Below are positions 48,606 to 57,806 of a stretch of DNA of 64,000 bases, in pieces (position 1 is the stretch's first letter; each line of letters starts with the position of its first letter). The notes beneath the pieces were generated by a model. The model did no database searches and was not told the DNA's origin. It saw only the letters and a list, made by a program, of their open reading frames with translations. Source of the stretch: a virus (taxonomy: Duplodnaviria > Caudoviricetes); the IMG/VR virus record IMGVR_UViG_3300009685_000011, positions 1 to 64,000 of that record. One strand, given 5' to 3'. The position numbers and the translations under genes were made by a program.

Positions 48606-50817
48606 TTAAAATTCGAGATTTACAGGTTCTTTTAGGTGTGGTTCGTAATTGTCAAAATCAGAATTCTGCCCAACTACTTCAGTTTGAACTTCTACCTTAG
48701 GAGTATCTGATTCTCCTTTCAACTTGATAGTTTCACCTCCTTCAAATTCAAAAGTAATCACATCACTTTTGCGCTTACGATTAGACAAATCCAAGTTGAA
48801 ACCTTTGTTGTAAAATTCATTAAGAAGAAGATAAGGTACTTTAAATCCCATTTCTTCTTCGATAATAGCAGGAATATCCTTGCTTTTAAGTTCACTTGTA
48901 GGTGTGTGGTAAAGTTCGAGCAGACGCTCTTTTTGTTCTTGTGAAATTTTGATTACTGACATAATTATTGTTTATTTTTCAAATTTACTTAACTGATGAT
49001 ATTCAAGGGCTTCGTATTCTTCTGGAGTTAACAAGTTATTCCAGTGACCAAGAGACCACTGAAACAATAAGAAATCTTCCCATTCCATATAATGATTGGT
49101 TAAATGGTTTTAGCGTTTGTTATATTATATAACTGGTCGTAAAGAAATTGTTGTTCCTCACCCCAATATACAGGACATCGAAACACTTTCATTCCATGTT
49201 CTTCAACTGTTTCTCCAGGAGGATTAACAAAAACCTCTCTTTCTTCAGAATGAAAATGTCCACAAGATTCTTTTAGTGGACATCCTTCTCCACTACATTT
49301 TGTTAGTTTTAAAGTTTTCATCTTGTTTAGGTTGTTCTTTAGGTTGTTCTTTGACAACCATTTTCTTCTTAGCCTCTTCTTCCAAGGCTTTAAGAAGTTC
49401 TTCAGCATACTCTGGATCACGGTCTGCTAAAGTAAGTGGATTAAGTGATGGAGTTGTGTTCATACTTTTTGTAATATTGAATTAAATCGTTGTGAAACTC
49501 TAACATTTTAGACAGATTCCAGTTTTTAGAATCTGGTTCCTCAGAGAATAATTTAATCTTACGAATAGACTTAAACAATTCTTCATTTATTTTAACAATT
49601 TCAGTTTCAACCAGTCGTCCAAATCCATATGCGTACTCCAAAGCATCATCGTGCACTATCCTATTGCTTGTATACGACACACTTTTTAAAAAATCAATAA
49701 TTGCTTCAGTATAATCAGGTTGATTAGAATATATATGACCATTAATGTGCCACATATTACCTTGTAAATCATTATAAATAGCACCAAATTGTTTTAACTG
49801 TTCTTCTTCTGTCATTTCAACCCCATTCCAACGACAGAACTCTTCGTTATTTATAAACTCAATCATTGTATTTACTTTATAAACGACCACCATCGTATGC
49901 TAATTGAACGGTTCTCCATTTAAGAATATCCATTAAAGCGTTTTCTACTTGAACTGTTTCTGCAAAAACAGGATTTTCAAAAATAGAATCTCCTTCAAAA
50001 AGAGCAAAAGTGTTTCCTGTTAGAAAATGCCAGTTAGTTTTTGTTCTATCGCTTTGAGATCTTATTTTAATAAATAAAGAATAAAGATAATCACCTTCAA
50101 TAATACGCGCTGATACAATAGCACCTGGATATAACGCTTTAAATTCTTCTTTTGTCATGTTCTATGTTAATTAACTTACTCGCAATTTCATATTCTGCTT
50201 CTTCCCAACTTTCACATCTTGTTTTACTTTCGTATTCATATATCTCATAATATACTATATTGGATAAAACTGCTGGTACGATAGAATATTTATATCCTTT
50301 TTTCCTAAACCAACGTAGTACATCTGTTATGTTTGGCCATTTTACAGTAGCAGAACTACTAAACTCTTGATAAGAGTTTGTTACAGTGTTGTAATATGAA
50401 TTACATTCTTCGTCATAACCAAGTTCTTCGAGAATAAGCAATTGTTCTTTAGTCAGTATCATAATCTCCTTTTAAATAATCTTTTAGTACATCTTCGGGT
50501 ACCATTTTTAAAACTTCATCATATTCTTCTTGAGTTAGGCTTAAAACACGAGTTCCAAAACTATATACTCCAAGTTGCAAATCTAACAGTTCATTAGTTA
50601 TATAGTTAACACCGTCGTGTTTACATACTATCCCTACTTCTACAGTGTTAAAAGGAGTCGAGATAGTGGGTTCATCTTCTGCATCTAACAACTTTTGAAA
50701 ATCTAACTCAATCTTTACTCTTTTAGCCAAGTCATAAGTAGTAAAGTCTTTTCCTGTTACTTTACGATTAGGAAGAGAATTTAGAGTGTGCAAAATATCT
50801 TTAAGTAACTCTGTCAT
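48606..50817 (-). CDS. Cluster of about eight hypothetical proteins (incl. 48606-48962, 49441-49893, 49877-50158, 50139-50462, 50449-50817)
   Basis: Contiguous ORFs; 49100-about 49322 is Cys-rich (C..EGCPLKESC..F...C). Confidence 0.55.
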
Positions 50818-50851
50818 TATTTTGCATTAGTTACAACTTTAGAGATAACTA

Positions 50852-52452
50852 TTATCCTTCGTAATATTCTTTAATTTTATCTACCACGTATCCCATGTCA
50901 TTAGGTATAAACTCATCGTCAAAACAACCTGCTGGGGTTTTACAAGTGGACTGCCCATCACTCTTTGTTCGAAACTTATATTCAATTTTACCAGATTTAA
51001 AATCTTTTTCTACAACAGAATACAAAATAAAAGTAAACAGACCGTCAAGATATACAGAATTATCTAAAAGTTTTCCTGCTGTTTTTAGTTTCAACATTCC
51101 GTCGTCACCTTTTTCTGCATGATTCACACAAATAATATTAAGGTTACGACGCATAGTTCGAGTAGTGTTAAGAATTTTAAAAACAGAACTTGCTAATTCT
51201 GTCCATTTTTCAACTTTCGTACTCTATCTTTCGATAGAGAATAGACTATATCTTATTATTTATTTTTGTAGTAAACATTTTTTCAATACTCCAACCTTTG
51301 TGTTTTCTATCATAAAGCACTTCTTTTGGTATTTTTAACTCGTCTGACCATTCTTTCATAGTTTGACTTTTTCCATTATACCAAATTTGTCTATTGTAGG
51401 GGTCTTTAGAAATCGCTTCTTCAAAGGATAAGCCTTTTAAAAGCCTTTTTCTTAGCGTGGTATATTCAATATTTAATTCTTTTGCCCAGTCTTTTAGAAC
51501 CATTGTTTTATTATTATGTGTGATAATAATATTAAAAGAACCTCTATTTTTCGACTGAACATCCATTGTCGCCCACCTACAATTTTCTTTACAATATCCT
51601 TTAGAATTGTCTATTCTATCTAAAGAGTGTTTATCTGACGGAGCGAAACCCATATCATTGATAAAATGATCAAACGAGTCGATCCATGTTTCACAGACAA
51701 AAATACTATTCAGATGATAGTTTTTAGTATGGTTTGTTTTATTACAAGAAGAATAACACCTTGTCTTCATTGCTTTCCAAGCGCGGTATTCTTTTGTAAT
51801 TTTACCATCAATTCTTGTCGGGTATTTTCTGTTTTTTGCCATATTGTTATATTTTAATTGAACAATATCGCAAAGGTACTAAAAAAAAATAATTCTCCCG
51901 TTTCGGATTTCTAAAAACCCTACTCTACTAACTTTACAGTGTTCGATAGTCGTTGAACCTTTACCTTATTTACACTTAGGTACTTGGCTGCTGATTGCCC
52001 AATTCTACTAATTTTCAAACATTCACACCTACCTTTTCAGGTTATGTTGTAGTTTAGCAGACTCTAAGGGGTTTCCAGCAATTAGAGAGATTTTAAAAGG
52101 GCATGAAGAACTACCCTTTCTCTTTAACTTTATCCATTACGTCAAAACTAAAAATATAGGTAAAATCATCAATTACGATATTTTCTATATCGATACGTTC
52201 TGTATTTACATATTCAAGAATACCTTGAATTACTTTAGGATCAGAAGTTTCTACATAATTACCACCCTCTCGAATTTTTTTATCAGGTGGATATAATTTA
52301 AAGGCTCCCTTTACAGGAAGGGGTTTACTTGCAACATTAATAAGAATTGTTTTTTTTGGGTCTAACCCCTTAATACCTATTTGAGGATTAGGAAAAAGAC
52401 TGGTAGATTTACCACTACCACTTTGAGCAACAAGTGCGATAAGATTTGCCAT
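50852..52452 (-). CDS. AAA ATPase (crAss-type, Sak4-like), two exons: 52452-52113 and 51213-50852, 233 aa spliced
   Basis: Walker A AQSGSGKS and Walker B IVIDD in exon 1; splicing restores KEKG-F-EKWTELA; exon 2 has VNH, KTAGKLL, DGLFT, KTPAGCF. Confidence 0.85.
51246..51842 (-). CDS. Intron-encoded HNH-family homing endonuclease
   Basis: YRAWKAMKTRCY, FDHFINDMG, SLDRIDNSKGYCKENCRWAT...QSKN; two C-terminal K(T/S).T..(D/E)W..EL DNA-binding repeats. Confidence 0.85.
   Translation of the reverse strand: MAKNRKYPTRIDGKITKEYRAWKAMKTRCYSSCNKTNHTKNYHLNSIFVCETWIDSFDHFINDMGFAPSDKHSLDRIDNSKGYCKENCRWATMDVQSKNRGSFNIIITHNNKTMVLKDWAKELNIEYTTLRKRLLKGLSFEEAISKDPYNRQIWYNGKSQTMKEWSDELKIPKEVLYDRKHKGWSIEKMFTTKINNKI
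51871..51878 (-). promoter_or_regulatory. TAnnTTTG -7 element upstream of the HNH ORF
   Basis: TACCTTTG 28 nt upstream of the ATG, inside the intron. Confidence 0.55.
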
Positions 52453-52460
52453 TATTAGTT

Positions 52461-52736
52461 TTATTTATTTAAAGATTCGTGAATAAATTGTTTTTTAGGC
52501 ACCAAACTATCAAGAGCATTTGTACATTGACCCATTATTCGAACTAATGTTTTTTGAAGAGGTGGTAGATCATCAAGATAAACAGGATCTCCTGGCTCCA
52601 TTTTTCTATATACCTTTCCTTTTGCGTCTCTGTATACAACCAAATTCCACCTCATCAAATAGGTATATGTCATTGGTCGTGGAGGAAAATTACAAAGGGA
52701 AATCTCTTCTTGCGGTATGATTTCAATTATTTCCAT
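52461..52736 (-). CDS. Hypothetical protein
   Basis: 91-aa coupled ORF. Confidence 0.55.
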   Translation of the reverse strand: MEIIEIIPQEEISLCNFPPRPMTYTYLMRWNLVVYRDAKGKVYRKMEPGDPVYLDDLPPLQKTLVRIMGQCTNALDSLVPKKQFIHESLNK

Positions 52737-53827
52737 TATTTAAAGTTTTTAATATTCTCTATAAACTTAGTGTATTCAGGACCTCCTGGAGTAGGGATTG
52801 TATCAAACCACCCCGTCCTACCTGCAAAAAATACACTATCGTGAACATTGGTTTCTCCAAATCGTGACTTCAGAATGTTCAAAGTACGAATGTAATTCTT
52901 AAATACTCCTAAATTATGTCCATCCCAAAGTCTTATATTTTGAGTAACAGAACCTTGGTTGGCTTTATTAGGATTTGCTACTCCCAGAAGGTTAAAATAC
53001 GAACGAGCAACTTGTTTATTTACAGCAAGTCCGTTTTCAGTAGGTAAGATAGAGCCTTCTTTACGAGAGTCTTGGTTTTCTGAATCTGCATTCTGGTGAT
53101 GAATACAGACTACTGAATAGTTCAGTTTATTAGCCGAATATGATCTTTGAAATTCTACAGTATTCCAGATGGCCTCTGCTTGATCTTTTTCATTTTGTTG
53201 ATGTCTAATCAGCAAGAGGTGATCTATAACTACTACTACAAATTCATCAGGGTCGTTAGGAACATAGTGATCCCAAGAAGAATCCTTATCAAAGGAAGTT
53301 ACTGGAACATCTTTTAGATAAAACGTACCACGTTTTTGAGCAAAGTCTCTTACTATTTTCCATATACCATACGAGTTATACACGTTGGTATGATAAGAAA
53401 TGTAAGGTAACATTTTCTCTACTCTTTTTTCTGTATCTTCAAGTAAAGAAATGTCTTTCTTATCTATAGTTCTACCTATAGATTCAAAGTCTTTGATGTT
53501 GTACTGAAGACCGTGTTTGACATAACCCTGATACGAGAGCATAGAATATTGAAACTGTTGCGCTGATTCTTCAAGACCTATGTAAATAACATGATAGTTT
53601 TTCTTTTCTTTAATGGCCCACTCAATACCCTGATGAACTACCCAGTGTTTCAAAAGACTTGTCTTAGAACTCGCAGGTGTTCCTGTAAGCCCTGTAACTT
53701 CGCCTCTCATAAATCCCGGAAAGTAATCTGTAAACTTACCAAGTTTTTTAAAAGGAAGATAATTAATCTTACCTTGTACAAAGTCTTCGTGATTTTTTAG
53801 AATCTTTTGGGTTAAAGTCAGTTTCAC
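52736..53827 (-). CDS. DnaB-like replicative helicase
   Basis: PGF.RGE.T.LTGTPASSKTS Walker A variant, VVIDHL Walker B, HHQN, ILKSRFG. Confidence 0.8.
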   Translation of the reverse strand: MKLTLTQKILKNHEDFVQGKINYLPFKKLGKFTDYFPGFMRGEVTGLTGTPASSKTSLLKHWVVHQGIEWAIKEKKNYHVIYIGLEESAQQFQYSMLSYQGYVKHGLQYNIKDFESIGRTIDKKDISLLEDTEKRVEKMLPYISYHTNVYNSYGIWKIVRDFAQKRGTFYLKDVPVTSFDKDSSWDHYVPNDPDEFVVVVIDHLLLIRHQQNEKDQAEAIWNTVEFQRSYSANKLNYSVVCIHHQNADSENQDSRKEGSILPTENGLAVNKQVARSYFNLLGVANPNKANQGSVTQNIRLWDGHNLGVFKNYIRTLNILKSRFGETNVHDSVFFAGRTGWFDTIPTPGGPEYTKFIENIKNFK

Positions 53828-54369
53828 TATTGATAACTTTTATAGTCCATAATAAACGCACTACTTCCTACATAATTAGCAAACTTTTTTGCAAACTTGG
53901 TAGTACGATAATAATTAGAAATCACGTCTGCACATTTTAGTGGGGAAAAACTGTCTCCGAGTGCAACTTTTGCATGGTTAAAAGCATCACGATCTACCTT
54001 AAGTGTAGTGTCAAATATAGAGTATTCCAACTCGTTATTAACATACCCTTTACCTGAGATACCTCGAAAAGTTAGTTGTACTAAAAAATCAGAAAATTCA
54101 TCACTACTAACTCCTCCGAACAAATCAACTTTAAGTTCGGGTTTCAGAGTTTCAGGGTTAGTTCTACATAGGGCGATTTGAAGAGGTTGAAACTCGTCGT
54201 ATTCTAAAATCCCTCTATCAAGAAAGTACTGTTCCAGATTCTTAACCTCATCTTTAAACCTCCAAAAGATAGCAAAAATAAACCCCTTTTCCAATGGAAT
54301 GGGTGGATTGTTTTCTTCACACAATTTTTTAAATTCTTCGTTAATCATCTTGTTATCATTATGGGCCAT
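53827..54369 (-). CDS. Hypothetical replication-module protein
   Basis: 180 aa, coupled to the helicase gene. Confidence 0.55.
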   Translation of the reverse strand: MAHNDNKMINEEFKKLCEENNPPIPLEKGFIFAIFWRFKDEVKNLEQYFLDRGILEYDEFQPLQIALCRTNPETLKPELKVDLFGGVSSDEFSDFLVQLTFRGISGKGYVNNELEYSIFDTTLKVDRDAFNHAKVALGDSFSPLKCADVISNYYRTTKFAKKFANYVGSSAFIMDYKSYQ

Positions 54370-54620
54370 ATAGCCCGATTAAATGTGTCTTGTTGTACAA
54401 ACTCGCCTCTACCAAGAAACACCGCATCTTCTCGAATGAGTCTGTGTTCTAAAATATGAGTAGCAGGGAACAATCTCCCTGCTACTTCACAATAACCTTC
54501 TATACCTTGTTTTTTATAGGTAGAAGGTGAATAATAAAAGTAATATTTAGGCTGTGATACTACACAACTACTTAGCATTAAGATACATAGTAAGAAAAAT
54601 AATTTGTTCGTTTTCGTCAT
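54345..54620 (-). CDS. Putative lipoprotein
   Basis: MTKTNKLFFLLCILMLSS-C lipobox. Confidence 0.6.
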   Translation of the reverse strand: MTKTNKLFFLLCILMLSSCVVSQPKYYFYYSPSTYKKQGIEGYCEVAGRLFPATHILEHRLIREDAVFLGRGEFVQQDTFNRAIWPIMITR

Positions 54621-55189
54621 ACCTTGTCAGTGTTTCCATATCTCTTATTTTTAATTTTAAGCATATATTCAGTGGGATTTTTTAAGTAACCTAACATGTC
54701 AACATCCCATTCATTTGGAGTATCTGTTTCATTATCTACTATGACTAAATATTTTTCACCATAAGATACTTTTACTTCTACACACTTGTAAAAAATATCG
54801 GAAGAGTTACACCCAACTCCGTAATACGGTGGTTTTAATATACAACACCAGTGTTTAGGTGTCGTAGAGTAAAACTGTGTCCAACCTTTAATACACGGAT
54901 AAATTTTAGTATGCATTTATGTTTCTTGATAAATTTCTGGAAAGTTATCTAAATCAATAATAGGCTTTGTAAAAGCAGAACCCATCTTTTCGTAAGATTC
55001 TTTTAAATCCTCAAGTGTATCCCAACTCGCAAGACTATACCCATATCCTACAGCAGCATAATTTGTAGCAACTCCTTCTTCGTAATAGACCTCGGCTATA
55101 TCAAAAAATCTACAACCTTTTACTACACTTGTTACTACTCTAAAATTCCAACTTGTCGGTACGTTTATAATTTCTTTTTGATTATCCAT
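54617..55189 (-). CDS. Two hypothetical proteins (54617-54916, 54917-55189)
   Basis: Coupled ORFs. Confidence 0.55.
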
Positions 55190-56394
55190 TCCTGTTTAAA
55201 TTGTTTTATAAATTCATTCACGTATTTTTCATCCTGAGTATTTGGATAATACATCAAGATAGTTTTAGGTGCTACACTAAGACCACTTCTTGCGAATTTC
55301 TGAACTTGCGTGCCCTGTTTCATTGAAGATTGAAGAATAACTAAGTAATCTACATCCTTAAAATCAACCCCACGAGATAACTGACCTACCGAAAATAGGT
55401 AAGGTATTTCTTTTTTGTTAAACGCTTCTACTAATTCTAAAGATCCAGGTTTGTTACTGTGTACGCTAAATTCTTTATTCAAAAAGTCTGCTTGAGTAGT
55501 GTTATTGCAGAATACAAGAACCCTTGACCCTTCAGGTAATTGACTAAAGAGTTTTTTAAAATGCCGATTTTTAATGTCAGCAAAAAACTTCTTTCGAGTG
55601 TTACCTACTCGCATTTTATTATCTCTGCATATTTGTTGAGTAAAACCTTGTTGTTGAAGAAACTGAACTGTTTGAGACCTTTCTTCAAAAGGAAGATTAA
55701 ACTCATCTTCATAAGATTTCCATCTTATGAATTCTTCACAGACAAGTTGATGATACTCTACTTCTGTGCATTGAATAATTGCATTCCTACTTTTATCCTT
55801 GTAAGCGTTCCATCTATCTGGAAATGGAACAACGTTGGGTTTTTTCTTCTTGTTTTTTCCTTTGTGAAAGAGAAGATACCTGTTCACATTATCCATTTCC
55901 AGACTCACCGAATAAATTTTAGGAGCAGGTAAAATACCCCACTCTACAGCCTCGTTAAAAGTAACTTTAGCGTGGTAATATTTTCCTTTTGTAATCTCCC
56001 TAAATATCTGAATATCCTCTTCTTCTAAGGTTCCAGACATTCCTATCCAATGCTTAGGATTCAGTTCTTTAAGATAAGAAAACCTGTTAGAGGTAAGTAG
56101 GTCACACTCGTCTAAACAGATGACATCGTATATGTCTTCAATCTTATGAGCAGATTGATAACACATTAGATCAGTCTTGTCTATAAGATGAGGATTGTAC
56201 TTCTCAAGGTTTTCCTTCCATTGAGAATTAGTAGAGTTAGCACCGCTAAGTATAAGAATTCTCTCAGGGTTCCATTTATTAATCAAAGCAGTGCTAACAA
56301 TGCTCTTACCAAATCGAGGCACAAGGTCTAAAAGGAAATTAGAATACTTATTGCTTAACTCAACTAACTTCTCTGCGTATTCAAACCTTGTCAT
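55165..56394 (-). CDS. Superfamily 2 helicase
   Basis: PRFGKS Walker A variant, LDECD Walker B, GMSGT motif III, LVFCN, QLSRGVD, QKFARS. Confidence 0.85.
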   Translation of the reverse strand: MTRFEYAEKLVELSNKYSNFLLDLVPRFGKSIVSTALINKWNPERILILSGANSTNSQWKENLEKYNPHLIDKTDLMCYQSAHKIEDIYDVICLDECDLLTSNRFSYLKELNPKHWIGMSGTLEEEDIQIFREITKGKYYHAKVTFNEAVEWGILPAPKIYSVSLEMDNVNRYLLFHKGKNKKKKPNVVPFPDRWNAYKDKSRNAIIQCTEVEYHQLVCEEFIRWKSYEDEFNLPFEERSQTVQFLQQQGFTQQICRDNKMRVGNTRKKFFADIKNRHFKKLFSQLPEGSRVLVFCNNTTQADFLNKEFSVHSNKPGSLELVEAFNKKEIPYLFSVGQLSRGVDFKDVDYLVILQSSMKQGTQVQKFARSGLSVAPKTILMYYPNTQDEKYVNEFIKQFKQEWIIKKKL

Positions 56395-57806
56395 TCAACG
56401 TGCGTTTTATAGTTTTGTCCAAAGATCACACGGTCTGGATTAGTTATAAAATGAATTCCACCCTTTAGTACTGGTACAGTAAGATTGTTAGTAAAATCAA
56501 GAATAATCCCTTTTCCCGGTAATACTTGCTCACACCAATATGCAGTTTGAAGTAATTGATTAGGTAAGCAAATAATTCCTTTAAACCACACCTTGCCATT
56601 TTTCTCAAACATATGGCTAAGAATATAAAGAGTCACTTCTTTGTCTCTACCTATTTTAAAGGCTTTACTTAAAGCCTCCTGGATTTGGTCAAGGTTAATT
56701 TGTTTGAACTTCAGATAGTTCATCGTTAAGAACATTTAAAACTTTTGTACGAATGAATGATTGACCAATTGAAAAACCCACGTTTTCTCCTAACAAAGTT
56801 GACAAGGTAATATAATTAGCAAGAATTGTAGCCTTTGTCTTAGAGAGTTTTAGATATTTAAACAAATCGTCTTCACTATTAATACCTTCTTCAGAGAGTA
56901 AACCTCTAAAATAATCTATACTTGTTTGTTTATACATAGTAAGGTTTTCCTTTTGTTTGCGAAAAGTATTTAAAATGAATTTGAGGGAGAATATCTGATT
57001 CTCTTAATGAGTTTTTAATCATTACAGGATGAATTAACAAAGAGTCACTAATAGATGCAATATTATCCCACACTCTAACAGGAATGTGTTTATGATATTG
57101 TACTATTTTATCTTCTTCAAACTCCACATAATAATTCTTAATTGTACCCTCACCTATGTTTTGTATTTCGTTTGTAGTACAATTAAGAAATTTAGCAGCA
57201 TCGTCTTTGGTTGGAAACTCAAGGTATTCTTCTTCGTTAAACAAGATTACTTTTGTCATTACCAGTTGTAAAGATTTGTAGTATTAAACAGTTCTTTTGC
57301 TATTCTGCTTGATAAAATCATATAATTGTTCTGCTGTGAGATTACACTCATATTCTTTTACTAATATTTTACAACCCTTTTGATTTAATTCATCTGCAAC
57401 TGTGTATGGATAATTTCCAGCATTGATATAAAGATTAAGAGGATATTCATCCTGTTCGAGTACAGTTATTTTAATTGTTTTTGTCATTTTAAATGTTTTT
57501 ATAAATTCTTTTGCAGTAACGCCTTTAAATCCTATTGATTTAATTTCCATCCAATCTTTGTCTTTTCGCTCTTTGAGGTATTTTCTAAATACTCTTTTAA
57601 AGCAATTATCATTGGAGTATTCATTTGTTTTGAAAATGGTGCTTTTGAACCTCATATTGGCTACCTAAAGCAATTTTTAGTTTCAATAGAGCAATTTCTT
57701 CTCTTAAATCATTCATGCACTCCATTAAAACGTCATAAACCATTTTACTTTCTTCGTGCTGAAGAGAGTCTCTGAATTTAGTTTCTTTTTTCATCAGTGT
57801 TTCCAA
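56391..57806 (-). CDS. Cluster of five hypothetical proteins; 56930-57259 has a NUMOD1-like HTH
   Basis: EFPTKDDAAKFLNC...I resembles NUMOD1; others unrecognised. Confidence 0.55.

Larger units (their letters stand above)
51214..52112 (-). mobile_element. Group I intron (IA2-like), 899 nt, in the AAA ATPase gene
   Basis: P1 AAAGGGU/GCCCUUU with U-G at the 5' splice site; P3 UCUCUC/GGGAGA; P4 UUGCUG/CAGCAG; P7 GACUAU/AUAGUC; P9 CUCUAUC-GAAA-GAUAGAG; omega-G at 51214. Confidence 0.9.

Noticed and set aside
49325-49352. 12-nt tandem repeat AAAGAACAACCT (KEQP x2)
   Set aside because: Two copies within a low-complexity protein tail; no sign of phase variation.
50852-51154. ORF-track starts for intron-split exons (51154 MRRNL, 58579 MIDFF) as independent genes
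   Set aside because: Both are internal to exon 2 of spliced genes; the conserved motifs are only completed after splicing.
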